Positions 1-12,300 of a stretch of DNA of 64,000 bases are shown here, in pieces; the stretch's first letter is position 1; each line of letters opens with the position of its first letter. The position numbers and the translations under genes were made by a program. The stretch is from Enoplolaimus lenunculus (taxonomy: Eukaryota), in the NCBI GenBank assembly GCA_030248215.1, contig JASANG010003752.1, forward strand, positions 744,001-808,000, read 5' to 3'. Below the pieces are notes generated by a model. It did no database searches and was not told the DNA's origin. It saw nothing but the letters and a program-made list of their open reading frames with translations.

Positions 1-319
1 AATATCTTTGAAATTCGATTATTTATATACTCTCTTAAGAATATAAACGGAGTAACTTTTTACATGCATAAAAATCAGAAAATAAATTCTTGAATATAAG
101 ACAACTGCTTCTTGAAAGAAAGGAACTTGTGTCTTATAAATTGGCAATAACAATTTCTTGAATATAAGAATTTATGTGTTATCCATTTAAGAAACGAATT
201 TCTAAGCTGTTTAAGGCTATTAATGTGTGAAATACAAGACATTTATGACTTAAAAATTTAAGAAAGTAGGAGTCTTGAAATTTTAAGACAATTTATTCTG
301 TGTGTGAGGTGAAACTTAC

Positions 320-3300
320 GCGGTGGCTTTTTCTTGTTCAGTAAACTCGTTGATACATTTATAAATTGTATCGGCAATTGTTTTAGCTTGTTCGCCTTCA
401 CGGTAGATGTGTTTTCGCATTTCAGCGCGAACATGCTGAACAAACGCGGACGTCGATCGATAAAATGTTTGAAGCGTTGATGAATAAAGTTTTTCGAGCG
501 GCGGATAAACTTCAACCGCGTACGCTTTTTCGTAGCACGCGAAAAATGTTTCAATTAAATCGATCAGTTTGTCGTGCAACAGATCGTCAGGGTCAGGACT
601 TGCGCCGAACGTTACCGATGTCATCATGGCGCCAGTGCAACGAACGAGTGGCGCTTTTGTTGTTACCGAAACGCCTTCAGCAATTGATTTATTAAGTTGT
701 TTGCACAGCCATTCGCCAACCTGGGCGACAAAAATTCCAAAAAATGACATATGAGAAAAACCAGCTAATTTGCGAAAAACTTAGGCGTTGCTGTTGCAAT
801 ATTGTTAATTATGTTAGCGTACACTTTGCCCCACATTTAGGGTTGCGTTATACTTGCTGTGCGGCATCGTCAGTGACCGCCTTTCATCCGTGCGGCTGTG
901 CACGTTACCGTCCATCACCATATGGTATTGTACTGTAATGACCCGAATAAGAGGGGGTAATAAGAGGGGAATCCCTATTTTGAGTTCCAATCAATAGTCC
1001 CTGAACCCTGATTAGACTCCATAAATATCTATTATCTCTAATTGTAGTCCAAAAATGACTCCAGGACCAAATAAAGTTAAGTTCAAAGCTTTAAAACACA
1101 CTTAAGTTTTAAAAGTGCATTCATAAGTATAGACTGCATTATCACTCAAGCTTTTGATCACGACAAATAACCGTTTAATTCAAGGGATATTTACAGTACC
1201 GGATATATAATAACAGTCCGTAACCGAATAACAACTGGTACCCTCTGAAGAAGCCAAATAAATATCAGTCCCCCTCTTATTCGGGTCACTATAGTTCTTT
1301 AGTATAATTCGCCTACGATACCGCACCGTGACGCAGGGCGACAGATGGCGTCAGCCGACATTGAAGTAAATAAAAAAAGAATAGCGCAATCATTAAGTAT
1401 GTATTGTAGCCATAGCCATAGGTATAGGTTTAGAGTTAAGTCTTAGACAAACGCTTAGCCGTATGCTAATGCTTAGTTGAAGATAAAGCTTTATCGTACG
1501 CCTGAGCGTAAGCCTAACCGTAGATTTGTTAGTATTGCACAAGAGCCTAAATATCCCACGCTAAGTGCCGTCTCGCTGTCCCGAAACAACAAGCAGGATT
1601 GCAAAGTAGGTAAATTAGCGCTCAAAACACTCCGGCTTACATATATATTTATTTATACGCTAAAACCGGAGCATAGCTGGGGGAGGTTAAACAAAAACCG
1701 CTTAAGTTTTAAAATGCGCCGGGCTTCTGGCTCGCTTTGCTCGCGAGTTTGGGGGCCCACTCTGGAATTTGGGGGAGCCCCCACCCCTGCTTGCTCCGGC
1801 ATTGAGAGGGCCAACATTTTATTATGGGAAGCCAAATTTTTATATGGGCAATTGAGCTTCCCCGGCCTTCGTCTAGCTACAGACCCATGCCTTTAGCTTC
1901 TTAGCTTTTAGTTCGTAGCCAGGCACGGCCAAACGGCTCTCATTCTGCTAGAAAAATTTTGGCTTATTCTAAAAGCTTTTAACCTCATTAATGTGATACG
2001 AAAATTGTTTTGTTTTACACCCCTCGTGAAAACCATTTTAGCGCTCTCTAGCATTGTTGAGCAGGGTAGTATTTTGGGTTCACTTACGATATAAAAATTA
2101 TCCTCAATGGTATTCAACTTTAAAAACGTTCCGATGCTTCGATTGGCGACTTTACGACAAAAATGCCATCGTTCACCGTTTGCGAACGTAATATAGTCTT
2201 CGCCTGCTTTCGCGACCAATTGTAACACAGGCGATAAATAACGATACGAAAACTCGTAGCGTTTGTACGCTTCACGCATCACTCGAGCTGAACATTTAAA
2301 ACAATTTTCAGCGTATTCACGCTCATATATATACACTGCAAAAATGGTGAGTCAAATTGACTCTCCGAAACAGGCTTTACGGACTACACAAACTGAGTCA
2401 AATTCGACTCCGCCAGAGTCAAATTCAACTCACTAAGTCGCACGTTTGATTCTCGTGGAGTCGAATTTGACTCCGCTTGTGTAGTCCCGTAGAGCCTATT
2501 TCGGAGAGAGTCAATTTGACTCAGTATTTTTTACAGTGTATAAAAGTATTATTAATCGGAAGGGGTCCTACTAACGTTGGGAAGAACATTGTGTCATGCA
2601 GGGTTGGCGGCTTCGGCTTGCAAGAGACTCTGCTCACTCAGCTGGCTCCTATATGTTAATACTTTTAGGTGCGTCTCGGTTTCTGGTGGGTCTGTAAAAG
2701 CGTACCTGTAGTCTCTAGACTATACGTTGTGCATTGGCTTTTAGGTTTAGGCTTAGGCTTAGGAATACATTTTTTAACGCTTAGGAATACAATTTTTTCA
2801 ACGCTTACTTTTAGGAATACACTTTTTCAACGCTTACTTTTAGGAATACACTTTTTTCAACGCTTTGGCTTATGCTTAGGAATATGCTTAATCTACTGTC
2901 ACGGCTGTAAACGTAACATTGGCCCAAATATCAATGATCCCTTCAATTCAATCGTTGGCTATTAAACGCATTACTTTAGAAATACCTATTAATCCATTGT
3001 ATTAAGTCCGATTCTTTTTTTGTGGACTAAAAAATTACGTAGTTACGATATCGTATTTTTTCACTCAAATATCTGTTTTATATAAAGTACGAGGGGGCAG
3101 GGAACCGTACCCTTGATTATCAAATCAAAACTTTGTAGTACAAATTAATGCGTTTAATTTGGTTTGGCTTGTCGTTCGCTTCGATAGTGAGTTTTCATTC
3201 ACTATTACAGCATTACGCCACTCCTACAGGTGGTCTTTCGTTGTTGGACCGCCGCTATGTCGCTACCTAGAAAACTTTTGGTCTGATTGCCAGTTTTGTT

Positions 3301-5393
3301 GGTCCTCTATGATACCTAAAAACCTTTTGGTCTGCTTACCAGTTTTGTTGATCCTCTATGATACCTGGAAAACTTTTGGTCTGCTTACCAGTTTTGCTGG
3401 TCCTCTATCAATCAGGGCCGGACGGCTATTCCTTGAGACTGCAATAGAGTAAGCTTAACCTTTTTAAACTAAGTATTTGCTTATTGTTACGTTTAGATAT
3501 GGTCTTAGCTCGCGATTAGGCTTAGGCCTTAGGCTTAAGCTTAGGCTTATGAATATTCTTATACTACTGCTACGGCCCTATTCTATAGATTACCCGTTTT
3601 GTTACACCAAAAATCATAGTTGGCCGACCGCTACGTTTAACTGGCAGTCACGTTGGAGGTCACAAGCAACTCACGCGTGTTAAGCACAATGGTCGGTGGC
3701 TGAAGACCAAACGTAATTTGAAAAATCTCGCCATATTTGTTCGATAAATCACGATACAGCTTGTGCATTTGTTTTTCGTCGCCTTCTTTCACAAACGGCA
3801 AATATCCCATAATAGGGACGCCTAACGGTCCTAACAAAAATAATTAGTCATTTGTTTTTTGGGTAACATTAACGCTGCAATTTGTTGCGAAATGTGGCCC
3901 ACGTATACAACAGGGCCGGATCGTGCTCCGGAGGGGCTATAATAGAGTCAGTTTAAGCTTTAGACTAGTTTTTTTGCTTAGGCTTAGGCTTAGGCTTTAG
4001 GCTTAGGCTTAGGAATATGCTCATATATATACGCTTAGGATTAGGCTTAGGCTTAAGCTTAGGTTTAGGAATATGCATATACTACTGTTCCGGCCGTGTT
4101 CTATACATGGGCCCAAAATGTTTAGAAATAATGGCTGGGTTTCCAAAATCTTGCTTAAGTATTTACATAAGTTGCACTTAAGTAATTACTAAAGTTACCG
4201 ACTTCTAGTAATTACTTAAGTTAGCGATTTAAGTAAATACTTAACTTTTTGAGAAAATGCAAATAAAGCCAGACGTTAGAAACAATCATAACAGAAAAGC
4301 TTTAGTTTTGCTTTATATTAAGAAGGTATCGCTAGTTCACAATTTTAATTAGGCCAAGGCTAATATGACCGAACTGTTGATCTATAATATATCAAATTTA
4401 GACAGTGACTTAAATATTTAACTTAAGTACGCTTTTCAAAATGACAAACCGGCTAAGTGATTGATTACCACTTATTTAAGCACCAAGGCATACTTAAATT
4501 GGGCTTCAAAAACACCAGCCAATAAAATATAAAATGGCAATGGCGTCGGATTTATACATTTTTATATACAAATTTCGACGCATGTTTATAACAGAGTCGG
4601 AATAGTAGTATAAGCGTATTTCTAGCCTAAGCCTATGCCAAAGCGTAAGCCTAAGTGTAAGAGTGAGCATATTCCTAAGCCTAAGCCTAACCCTAAGCAG
4701 AAAATTTAGTCTAAAGCTTAAACTGACTCTACAGCTCGTCCGCAAAACGATCCGGCCCTGTTCTAGAGATGTGAACAATTTTGTTGCAAGTCTAAAGATC
4801 TGCAGCTCAACATATTTCTGCGGTACTGCCATAATGTAAGTTTAAGCTTTACACTAATTTTTTGCTCAGGCTTTAGTCTTGGGCTTTGGTATCAACTCTT
4901 CTTACGTTAACCTTAGGCGCAGGCTTAGGCTAGAAACACGCTTATACCACTGTTAGGGCCCTGTTCTATACATTGGCCGAGCTTTGCATCTCTTAGCGGC
5001 GTAATTTTCCATCGTTGAATTTCATAAGGGTACCACTAAACACGTTTTAAACGAAGATTTTAATTTAGACAAGCTTTACCGCTTAGTTTTTGTCTTATCC
5101 TAACGCTGAGGCTTAAGTTTCGGCTTAAGCATAAGCTTTGATTAATGATAAGCCTATAAATTTTAGTACGGAAAACCCGGTTTTATGAGGCAACCGCGGC
5201 TCGTAAAATCCCCTGGTTTTTGTCTTAATTGCAGCCTTTTAAAATTAGCGTTTGACCAAAAAGATAATACAGATCGCTGATATATACCTGGCGGTTGGTT
5301 GCGCCGTCTGAGATAAGTAGCTATTACCCATGTTATCAATCCAATTATAAGTAACGGAATAATATTTGACAGTAACACTGTTAACACCGCCAT
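320..5393 (-). CDS. Cytochrome P450 (probably CYP2 clan), 5' part, exons 1-4; the gene continues beyond the left edge
   Basis: Exons 5393-5288, 3830-3675, 2287-2088 and 720-320 have GT..AG introns with compatible phases (1,1,0, then a phase-2 donor). The product has an N-terminal TM anchor, basic RRR, the PPGPLGVPIMG hinge, KYGEIF...PTIVLNTPRVMREA and the helix-C WxxxR motif (NGERWHFCRK). The heme motif is not in the window. Confidence 0.88.
933..1294. mobile_element. TA-flanked MITE family (TIR CTGTAGTGACCCGAATAAG), copy 1
   Basis: Homologous copies lie at 10323-10760, 19093-19544, 43103-43524 and 54594-54994. Confidence 0.8.
2334..2538. mobile_element. Palindromic CACTG-ended MITE (CMC/EnSpm-like, 2-bp TSD)
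   Basis: TA|CACTGCAAAAATGGTGAGTCAAATTGACTCTC ... CAGTG|TA. Other copies are at 8806-9005 and 58074-58245. Confidence 0.78.
3235..3410. repeat. Tandem repeat of about 49 bp, x3-3.5
   Basis: CCAGTTTTGTTGGTCCTCTATGATACCT..AAACTTTTGGTCTGCTTA recurs and abuts a Merlin-like MITE end. Confidence 0.75.
3896..4113. mobile_element. Merlin-like MITE with internal TTAGGC repeats
   Basis: TIRs GGCCCACGTATACAACAGGGCCGGA / TCCGGCCGTGTTCTATACATGGGCC. Flanks CGAAATGT/CAAAATGT (7/8). Confidence 0.8.
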
Positions 5394-7019
5394 TTCGATT
5401 GAATACCCTGAAAATTGTTATACGTAGTCAACCATTGTCTTTTGTGTATATTTATGCTTAAGATTACGCGTTGCAAAAATGAGTTCGTAAGCCTAAGGCT
5501 ACGCCTAAGCTTAAGCCTATGCAAAAATGTAATCTAGAATCTAAACATACTGTTTATAGACCCACCAGAAACCTGGACGACCCGGATGATAGCTTTGCTT
5601 TTGGGCTTGCAGCCAGGGGATGGGGCAGCTGGGCTCAGCCGCTCTGTACAAATTTTTTACCCCCTAGGAAAGTTTCAAGTTTGGTTATAAGTCATCGAAA
5701 ATCCTTGTATGCCCTTCCTTAATTTTTTTTAGCTCCTTCCCCAATAAGTTAAACTGGCACCGGACCTGTGGCTTTACGAATATAATCAGACAAATTGGCG
5801 ATAAATAACATTTTTAAAATCTTAAACACCAACATAAAAGCATAATGTTTAAGGAATCTAATCCAAACGGCGTAAAAATTATGTATTTTTCCAATTTTAA
5901 GCGAAACTTATTAATAAAAATTATTGATCCATGTAAAGGTCACGTTCGGAATGCACGTGTGGGATTAGAAAAGAGTAAGCTTATGCTTTAGAATAATTTT
6001 TTTGCTTGGCTTAGGCTTAGGCTTACGCTTAGCAATATGCTTATAATACTGTTCCGCTCATGTTCTTTACATTGGTCAGATTATTTATAACGAACAAGTG
6101 AGAAATGACAGCGAAAATGCAGAAATAGTTCGTTACCGAAACTAATGAGATCCAAGCACAATATTCAACACTGAAACACAGCTCTTGTACGCTACATCCT
6201 CAACCCTGCTTGGTTAGTCTTAGGCTTAGGGTTAGAAAAAGATTTATCTATGGCTACGCTTAAGCCTATACACCCGAACCTATCGCTTAACCTTTAATGC
6301 CGGGAAAAAGTGTATAAGAGCCCAATTTGACATATTTTCCTTCAATATCACATACGCAAACACGTCAGATTTGCATGTGTCAATTTCACGATAATGAGAT
6401 CGTTATATTGCTATTACAAATCGAACTGTATCTATGCGGACACTTTCACACTACTCCATTAGCTTAATATTGAAAAGCTTAATATTAAGGTAAACTTAAT
6501 ATTGAACCCAGGTCTAAGCCAATGCCGCCTACTCCGTTCAGAAAGCGACAGGAGGGGAGCTCAGCCAAAAGTTTGTCCCTTCTAGAAAATTGTCAGCCTT
6601 GTTTATAAAGTCAACCGCCTAATCTCAATGCTAAGTTAATATTCCGAAATCTAAAAATATCGAAAATGTTTGATTAATACGTTCACAAGCAGCCTATTAA
6701 TACATCAGGAAGTTTATTGCTATGGGTTTTGTTTGACGTTACACGTTTAGTTTTTTCCGCTACGTAAAATAGAAAAAAATGTTCAGTAAACAGTCAAAAG
6801 TTATTTAGATGCAGATGTTTTAAATATATATCAATTAGACTTCAAAGCAGCTTACTTACTGCTGTGTGGTGAGATAACAAGTTTCAACACTGTTGCATCA
6901 TTGCCATTTATACTGCAGTTTTTACTGCGCGTTTTTTGAGCTGTTCAAACGGTAAATTTATAAATATTAAAGTGGTGATAATGAATTAAGGAATTACTTT
7001 GACATCAAGAGCTTACATT

Positions 7020-7154
7020 CAGTGGCGGATCCAGGATCTCAAAATGGGGGGGCCAAAATTTCACAGGTAATAAACTCACTTTTGGCCCGAATTTTTGTCG
7101 AGATGCTGTTGGGGGGCCCATGGCCGGGGTGGCCCCCCATGGATCGGGCCATTG
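7020..7154. mobile_element. hAT-like MITE (CAGTGGCGGATCC TIR)
   Basis: Perfect 8-bp TSD CTTACATT. A related copy at 58830-58999 has CCTGTTAC/CCTATTAC. Confidence 0.8.
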
Positions 7155-7411
7155 CTTACATTACTACTTACCGGCTTATTTTAAAGGTAGTATATGATTT
7201 CTTAATATAATTAAAACGACATTTAACAAGGTAAAATTTCACAGGTAATAAACTCACTTTTGGCCCGAATTTTTGTCGAGATGCTGTTGGGGGGCCCATG
7301 GCCGGGGTGGCCCCCCCATGGATCGGGCCATTGCTTACATTACTACTTACCGGCTTATTTTAAAGGTAGTATATGATTTCTTAATATAATTAAAACGACA
7401 TTTAACAAGGT
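7055..7411. repeat. Recent tandem duplication of about 178 bp
   Basis: 7055-7232 is repeated almost exactly at 7233-7411. Confidence 0.9.
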
Positions 7412-8805
7412 ATATTCGATTCTATTGTGCTGTTTTGTATGAATGAGCTATAACCAGGGTGCAACCGGTTATCCGTTACCGTTTTCGTTATAGAAATAAC
7501 GAAAATTCTGTTATTTTTAACGCTCAAATCGTTTCCGGTAAAAAAAAACGGTGTCCGTTTAGCGTTTCCGTTATAGAAATAACAGAAATTCGAAATTCTG
7601 TTATTTTTACACTCAAAATTAGTTGTAAATCCCGTGTATATCTCGCAGTGTTTCATTACAGATATGCAGCAACTGTTTGAAATTAAATGAAAATTACGAA
7701 ATTCATCTAAAATCATAATATTTTCGTCCGCGGCTCATGTTAATTATAGGAACCGGGCCACAGCGAGACATCGGACACTGGTTCGATTCTATTGTGCTGT
7801 TATAAATGAATTCTATAGCAGAAAAGTTGCCTGCTGATATGTATTTCACAGTGACACCGGTTATAAAGATTAATCCGGCAAGAATGACACAGATATTTGG
7901 ATATTAAAAATATTAGGTGCCCATCACTAATATGCATATAACCACGTCAATCGTTAGATAAGTACACCACGCGAAAGTTTTGTTTGAAGTTTTACGAATT
8001 TTTGATACATTCGTTTTAAAAACACTTTTAGTTGAAACTTTACATTTAAAAATGTATTTTACCATTGTTCAACAACAAAACTATCAAATATGGGCCCGTG
8101 GGCACGAGGGCCAGGGTGGCTCAGTCCCCCCTGGAAACTTTTGGCCGCACCCCCCAATAAAATCAACCTTGCTTGTACGTCAACTGAAACAGTTGCATAC
8201 ACTTCCGGAAAATTTTATAGCCTCTCTCAATCTTATAGTTGACATACAGCCGAATCCCTTGCCACTACGCGTCAGTTTTAAGTCCCCCTCTCATATGCTA
8301 ATCGGCGCCGTCCGTCACCCGTACTGCACTGTCCGTCATCGTCCGTCACCATACCTTTTCGTACGTGAGTTACTTGCGTACGATACCGCACGATGACAGA
8401 CGGCGTCAGACGGTACCGTTCGGGTGACGGACAGCGCCGGACGGCGCGCGCCGCACGTCAAAAAAGTATAGCGCAACAGTAGATGGAAAATGTTAAACCA
8501 GCATTTTCCATCTACTCGCAACCCTAAGCCGAAGCTTATACAGACAATTTGCTTTAATTTAAAAAATGCCGTACAAAGTATGACGTAACTTTTATTTGAG
8601 TCAAACAAAGTATAATGATTTAAATGTGCATAAAGTATCTCAAGCACCTGGCAAAAACAAATAAACATTTAAAGTTTATTTGGTGTACATCAAATGATAA
8701 TTTTTAATTTTTTGTTCAAGGCTCTAAGCCCGGATCCGCAGGGTTTCATGGAATGCATGTGAATCCCCCCGATTCGTATTAAACACAAAAATTTTGTTCA
8801 GTATA

Positions 8806-9005
8806 CACTGCAAAAAATGGTGAGTCAAATTGACTCTCTCCGAAATAGGCTTTTCCTGACTACACATACTGAGTCAAAATTCGGCTCCGCCCGAGTCCAG
8901 TTTGACTCAATTTGTCTCGGGCGGAGTCGAGTTTTGACTCAGTTTGTGTAGTCAGGAAAAGTCTATTTCGGAGAGAGTCAATTTGACTCACCATTTTTTG
9001 CAGTG
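8806..9005. mobile_element. Palindromic CACTG-ended MITE
   Basis: An almost perfect 200-bp palindrome with TA flanks. Confidence 0.82.
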
Positions 9006-9015
9006 TAAAATAAAT

Positions 9016-9192
9016 GGCCAATGTTTAACTTTTAGGGCCGTAACAGTCGATTAAGCGTATTTCTAAACCTAACGTAAGCGTTGCAGAAGCGTATTCCTAA
9101 GCCTAAGCTTAAGCAAAAAATAGTCTAGAATGTCAGCCTACTGTTTTACAGACCCACCAGAAACCGGGACGGCCTTAAAAATAACATGGACC
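9016..9192. mobile_element. Merlin-like MITE with GCCTAA-type repeats (second subfamily)
   Basis: Termini GGCCAATGT...ACATGGACC. Flanks AAATAAAT/TAATAAAC. Confidence 0.7.
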
Positions 9193-9327
9193 TAATAAAC
9201 AATGATCCCAGTCGAACAGCATCGATCGAGTGTACCCCTTAAAGTGTCGCCTTGTTTCCATAAATCCCAACCTGGAACCAAATTTAAATAGTTTTTCTGG
9301 ATCCGTCCCCCTGTGGACTCAAGAACG

Positions 9328-12300
9328 TTACAAACTAAGAGTAGCGTTTTTCCATTTGAATCGTTTTGAAAAATTCATTATGCAATTATTTGTTTGACAA
9401 TTGCCAGGACTTTCGAGTTCAAATATAACCATTGTTGAAATAGGAGTTTTAAGATAATATTTCGGGATATAAAGCGTTATTTGTGGTCCTTGTGAGGGCC
9501 AATACCGTCCAATATTGAATCCGTTGATAAACACCTGAAAAGCGTACGTATGAGTTGAATCTTTAAATACTTTTCAACAGAACGTGATGATACCATCACA
9601 AATATCACTATAACCAAGAGTGGATGATACCTTAAACAAGAGTATGCAAAACACCTTGTTTTGAATGGAACTAAATCTACCAGCACTCGTTGCGTTTTGG
9701 TCCTAATACCCCCTGATTTTGGGGGGGTCAATTTTACGTTAATTTTACACGTATATCTGCCAGCCAACACCGAAAATATAATCGGACCACATTTTAGTAC
9801 ATACAATAGCACATGAATTTCAACATCGATGGAGATTTTGACCCCCTCAAATAGGGGGGAAGCCAAAAATGCAACGCGCGCTGGGTACATTTTTTTCTAC
9901 ATAGAATGTACGCAGTTGCATACTCTTGTTAAAGGGTATCATGCACTCTTGCTATAGCGGATTAAACGGTCAATGTTACTTGTCGGTGTGTAACAGTAGC
10001 CTAAGTATATTCCTAAGCCTAAGCCTCAGCGTAAGGCTAAGTCTAAAACGAAAAATTTGTCACGAGCCTAAGCTTACTCAATTGCAGTTTCGCAGGGAAA
10101 CGCAACGGCAAACTCAAATGATAAGTCATTATGTTCATATAAATATGAGGATATAAAACTTTTCTTCTGTATTGTAAGCAAGCTATCGCGTTCTCTAATA
10201 TTGCAATTAAAACGCACATTAAACAGCGACATTAATTTTGGTATATTTCACGTAAATACAGGCTGGATTTGTGAAAAAGTACTTAAGTACGACTGCGTTG
10301 GTACGTGCTAAGCAATTACTTACTGTGTTGACCCGAATGAGAGGGGGTAATAAGAGGGCGGTCCCCACTTTGAGTCCCAATCAATAGGAGTCCGTATCCT
10401 TAATAAGATTCCGTAAGCAGATAGGGTGTCTGAACCCCAATTAGAGCCCATAAATGTCAATTATCCCTAATTGTGGCGCGTAAATGACTCCAGGAACAAT
10501 AAAGTTGAGTTCGAAAGTTTAACGCGTATTTAAATTTTGAAAGCAACATTCCAAAGGATAACCTTGCATCATCGCTCAAGCTGTTGCTGCAAGGCAAAAA
10601 ACGTTTAATTCTACGGATAGTTGCAATACCGGATATATATCAGTAACGAAGGGTTGCGGAGGGTTGGTTGAAAATAAATAACAGTCCATAGCCGAATAAC
10701 GGGGTGTACCCTCTCGAGTGGCCAAATAAATATCAGTCCCCCCTTATTCGGCTCACTACGACCATTTTGTCGTTGTTAAAAGTTACTTCAGTTAAGTAAA
10801 TATTGAAGTCGCCGACAAAGTTTGACATATTACAGATTAGTAGCTCAGGCATGCTGACCTTAATTTACTCATGGTGCCTCTTTAATATAAAGCAAAACTA
10901 TTACTATTTTGTTGTGACAGTGGCTCACGTTTGGCATTTATCTGTTTTTGTTCGAAAAGTGAAATATTTACTTAAATAGAAGGCTTAAGTAATTACTAAT
11001 TTCGTAAATATTTAAGTAAGATTTCTGAATACCAAGCCAATAAAGATTTCGGAAACCCAGACAATAAAGATTTCGGAAACCCAGCTAATAAAGATTTCGG
11101 AAACCCAGCCAATAAAGATTTCGGAAACCCAGACAATATCTTGTATTATGAAGGTTTGGCTTCAACCTTGCAGCCAATCCAACACTTTTATGGCGCACCC
11201 AAACACCATATAGTTCGACTCGCCTTGCAGCCATATGCAAAACTTAAAGGACCAACAAAATTCACGTTTACCATAGTTCGATTGTTTGACGACTAAATTC
11301 CAAATGTCGAAAAGTGCTACTGGAATTTAAAGGTACTATCTCGAATTTTTAGCCCATATTCTCAAAAGTATATAGCATCAATCACCAGCTTGTGATAATC
11401 GGTTCGGCAACTTTTGAAAAACAAAGTCGTATCTTCAGAACTAACGGCGCATTGGTTTGAAAGCCTATTACCAATTAGTGATAGATGGTAGACACATTTG
11501 AAAACGCGGGCTCTTGTCCTAAGGAGTGGTTGAAGTGTTACTGTAAAATTGACGCACATAATGGGTCATCCACGTAATAGTGCGTGCACTAGTGTAAAAA
11601 ATTGTCCAGGTCTGGGTAAGGACCTATGTCATTTTCAGGAACTCTGTAGGAAGGATGTTATATTTAGAACTAGTCTCTTTGCAGAGTCCAAGGACAACGC
11701 AGATATCCTGCTTACAGGGTCTCCAATGTCGCTACACTCACAGAACACAGTGCATAATGTCCTTACTCTGTAAGGGGACACTGTTCGAAGGGACTATTGT
11801 TGTACATTTGCTTTAGCAGGCACAAGGTTAAAATAAATTTCGTAAAAACGACGCTGTAGCCAGAGGCTGCGTTTTGACAGTAGTCCCTACCGAGGGACTC
11901 TGTTTTGTCCCTATTCCCTAAACGTTGACTTTACACCAGTTTACCTGTCCTTTGCCCCAACCAGTAGGATCTAAGTAGGTGTCACGTGTAACATTCACCC
12001 GAAACTCGCCATGGAAGATGCCTGGACCATACGGGATCTTTCTTGCAAAATCACTCGACCCGTTACGCTCTGTGGGCTTTGTAACAGAGCTTCTCGTGGT
12101 TGTGTCGCTGCTGTACTGTTCTATGCTAAAATTTAAAATCCACCCGATGGATATACTTTATGTCGACTTTTCGAAATCTGGAAAGAACCTAAACAGCTTT
12201 CAAATTCATAGTTCACTACAAGAAAAATGATTTGCGCTTGCATAGAATCCTCTGAAGCATTACACAATCTTGGAACAAAGTTGCGTTTATCGTAGCAACT

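Noticed and set aside
1477..1896. 139-aa ORF in P450 intron 3
   Set aside because: It spans TTAGGC-type and GC-rich MITE remnants and shows no protein features.
3590..3674. P450 pseudogene (stop after exon 2 and an out-of-frame SGRP)
   Set aside because: A GTGAGT donor at 3674 splices in phase to 2287, giving a continuous P450 frame. The stop is intronic.
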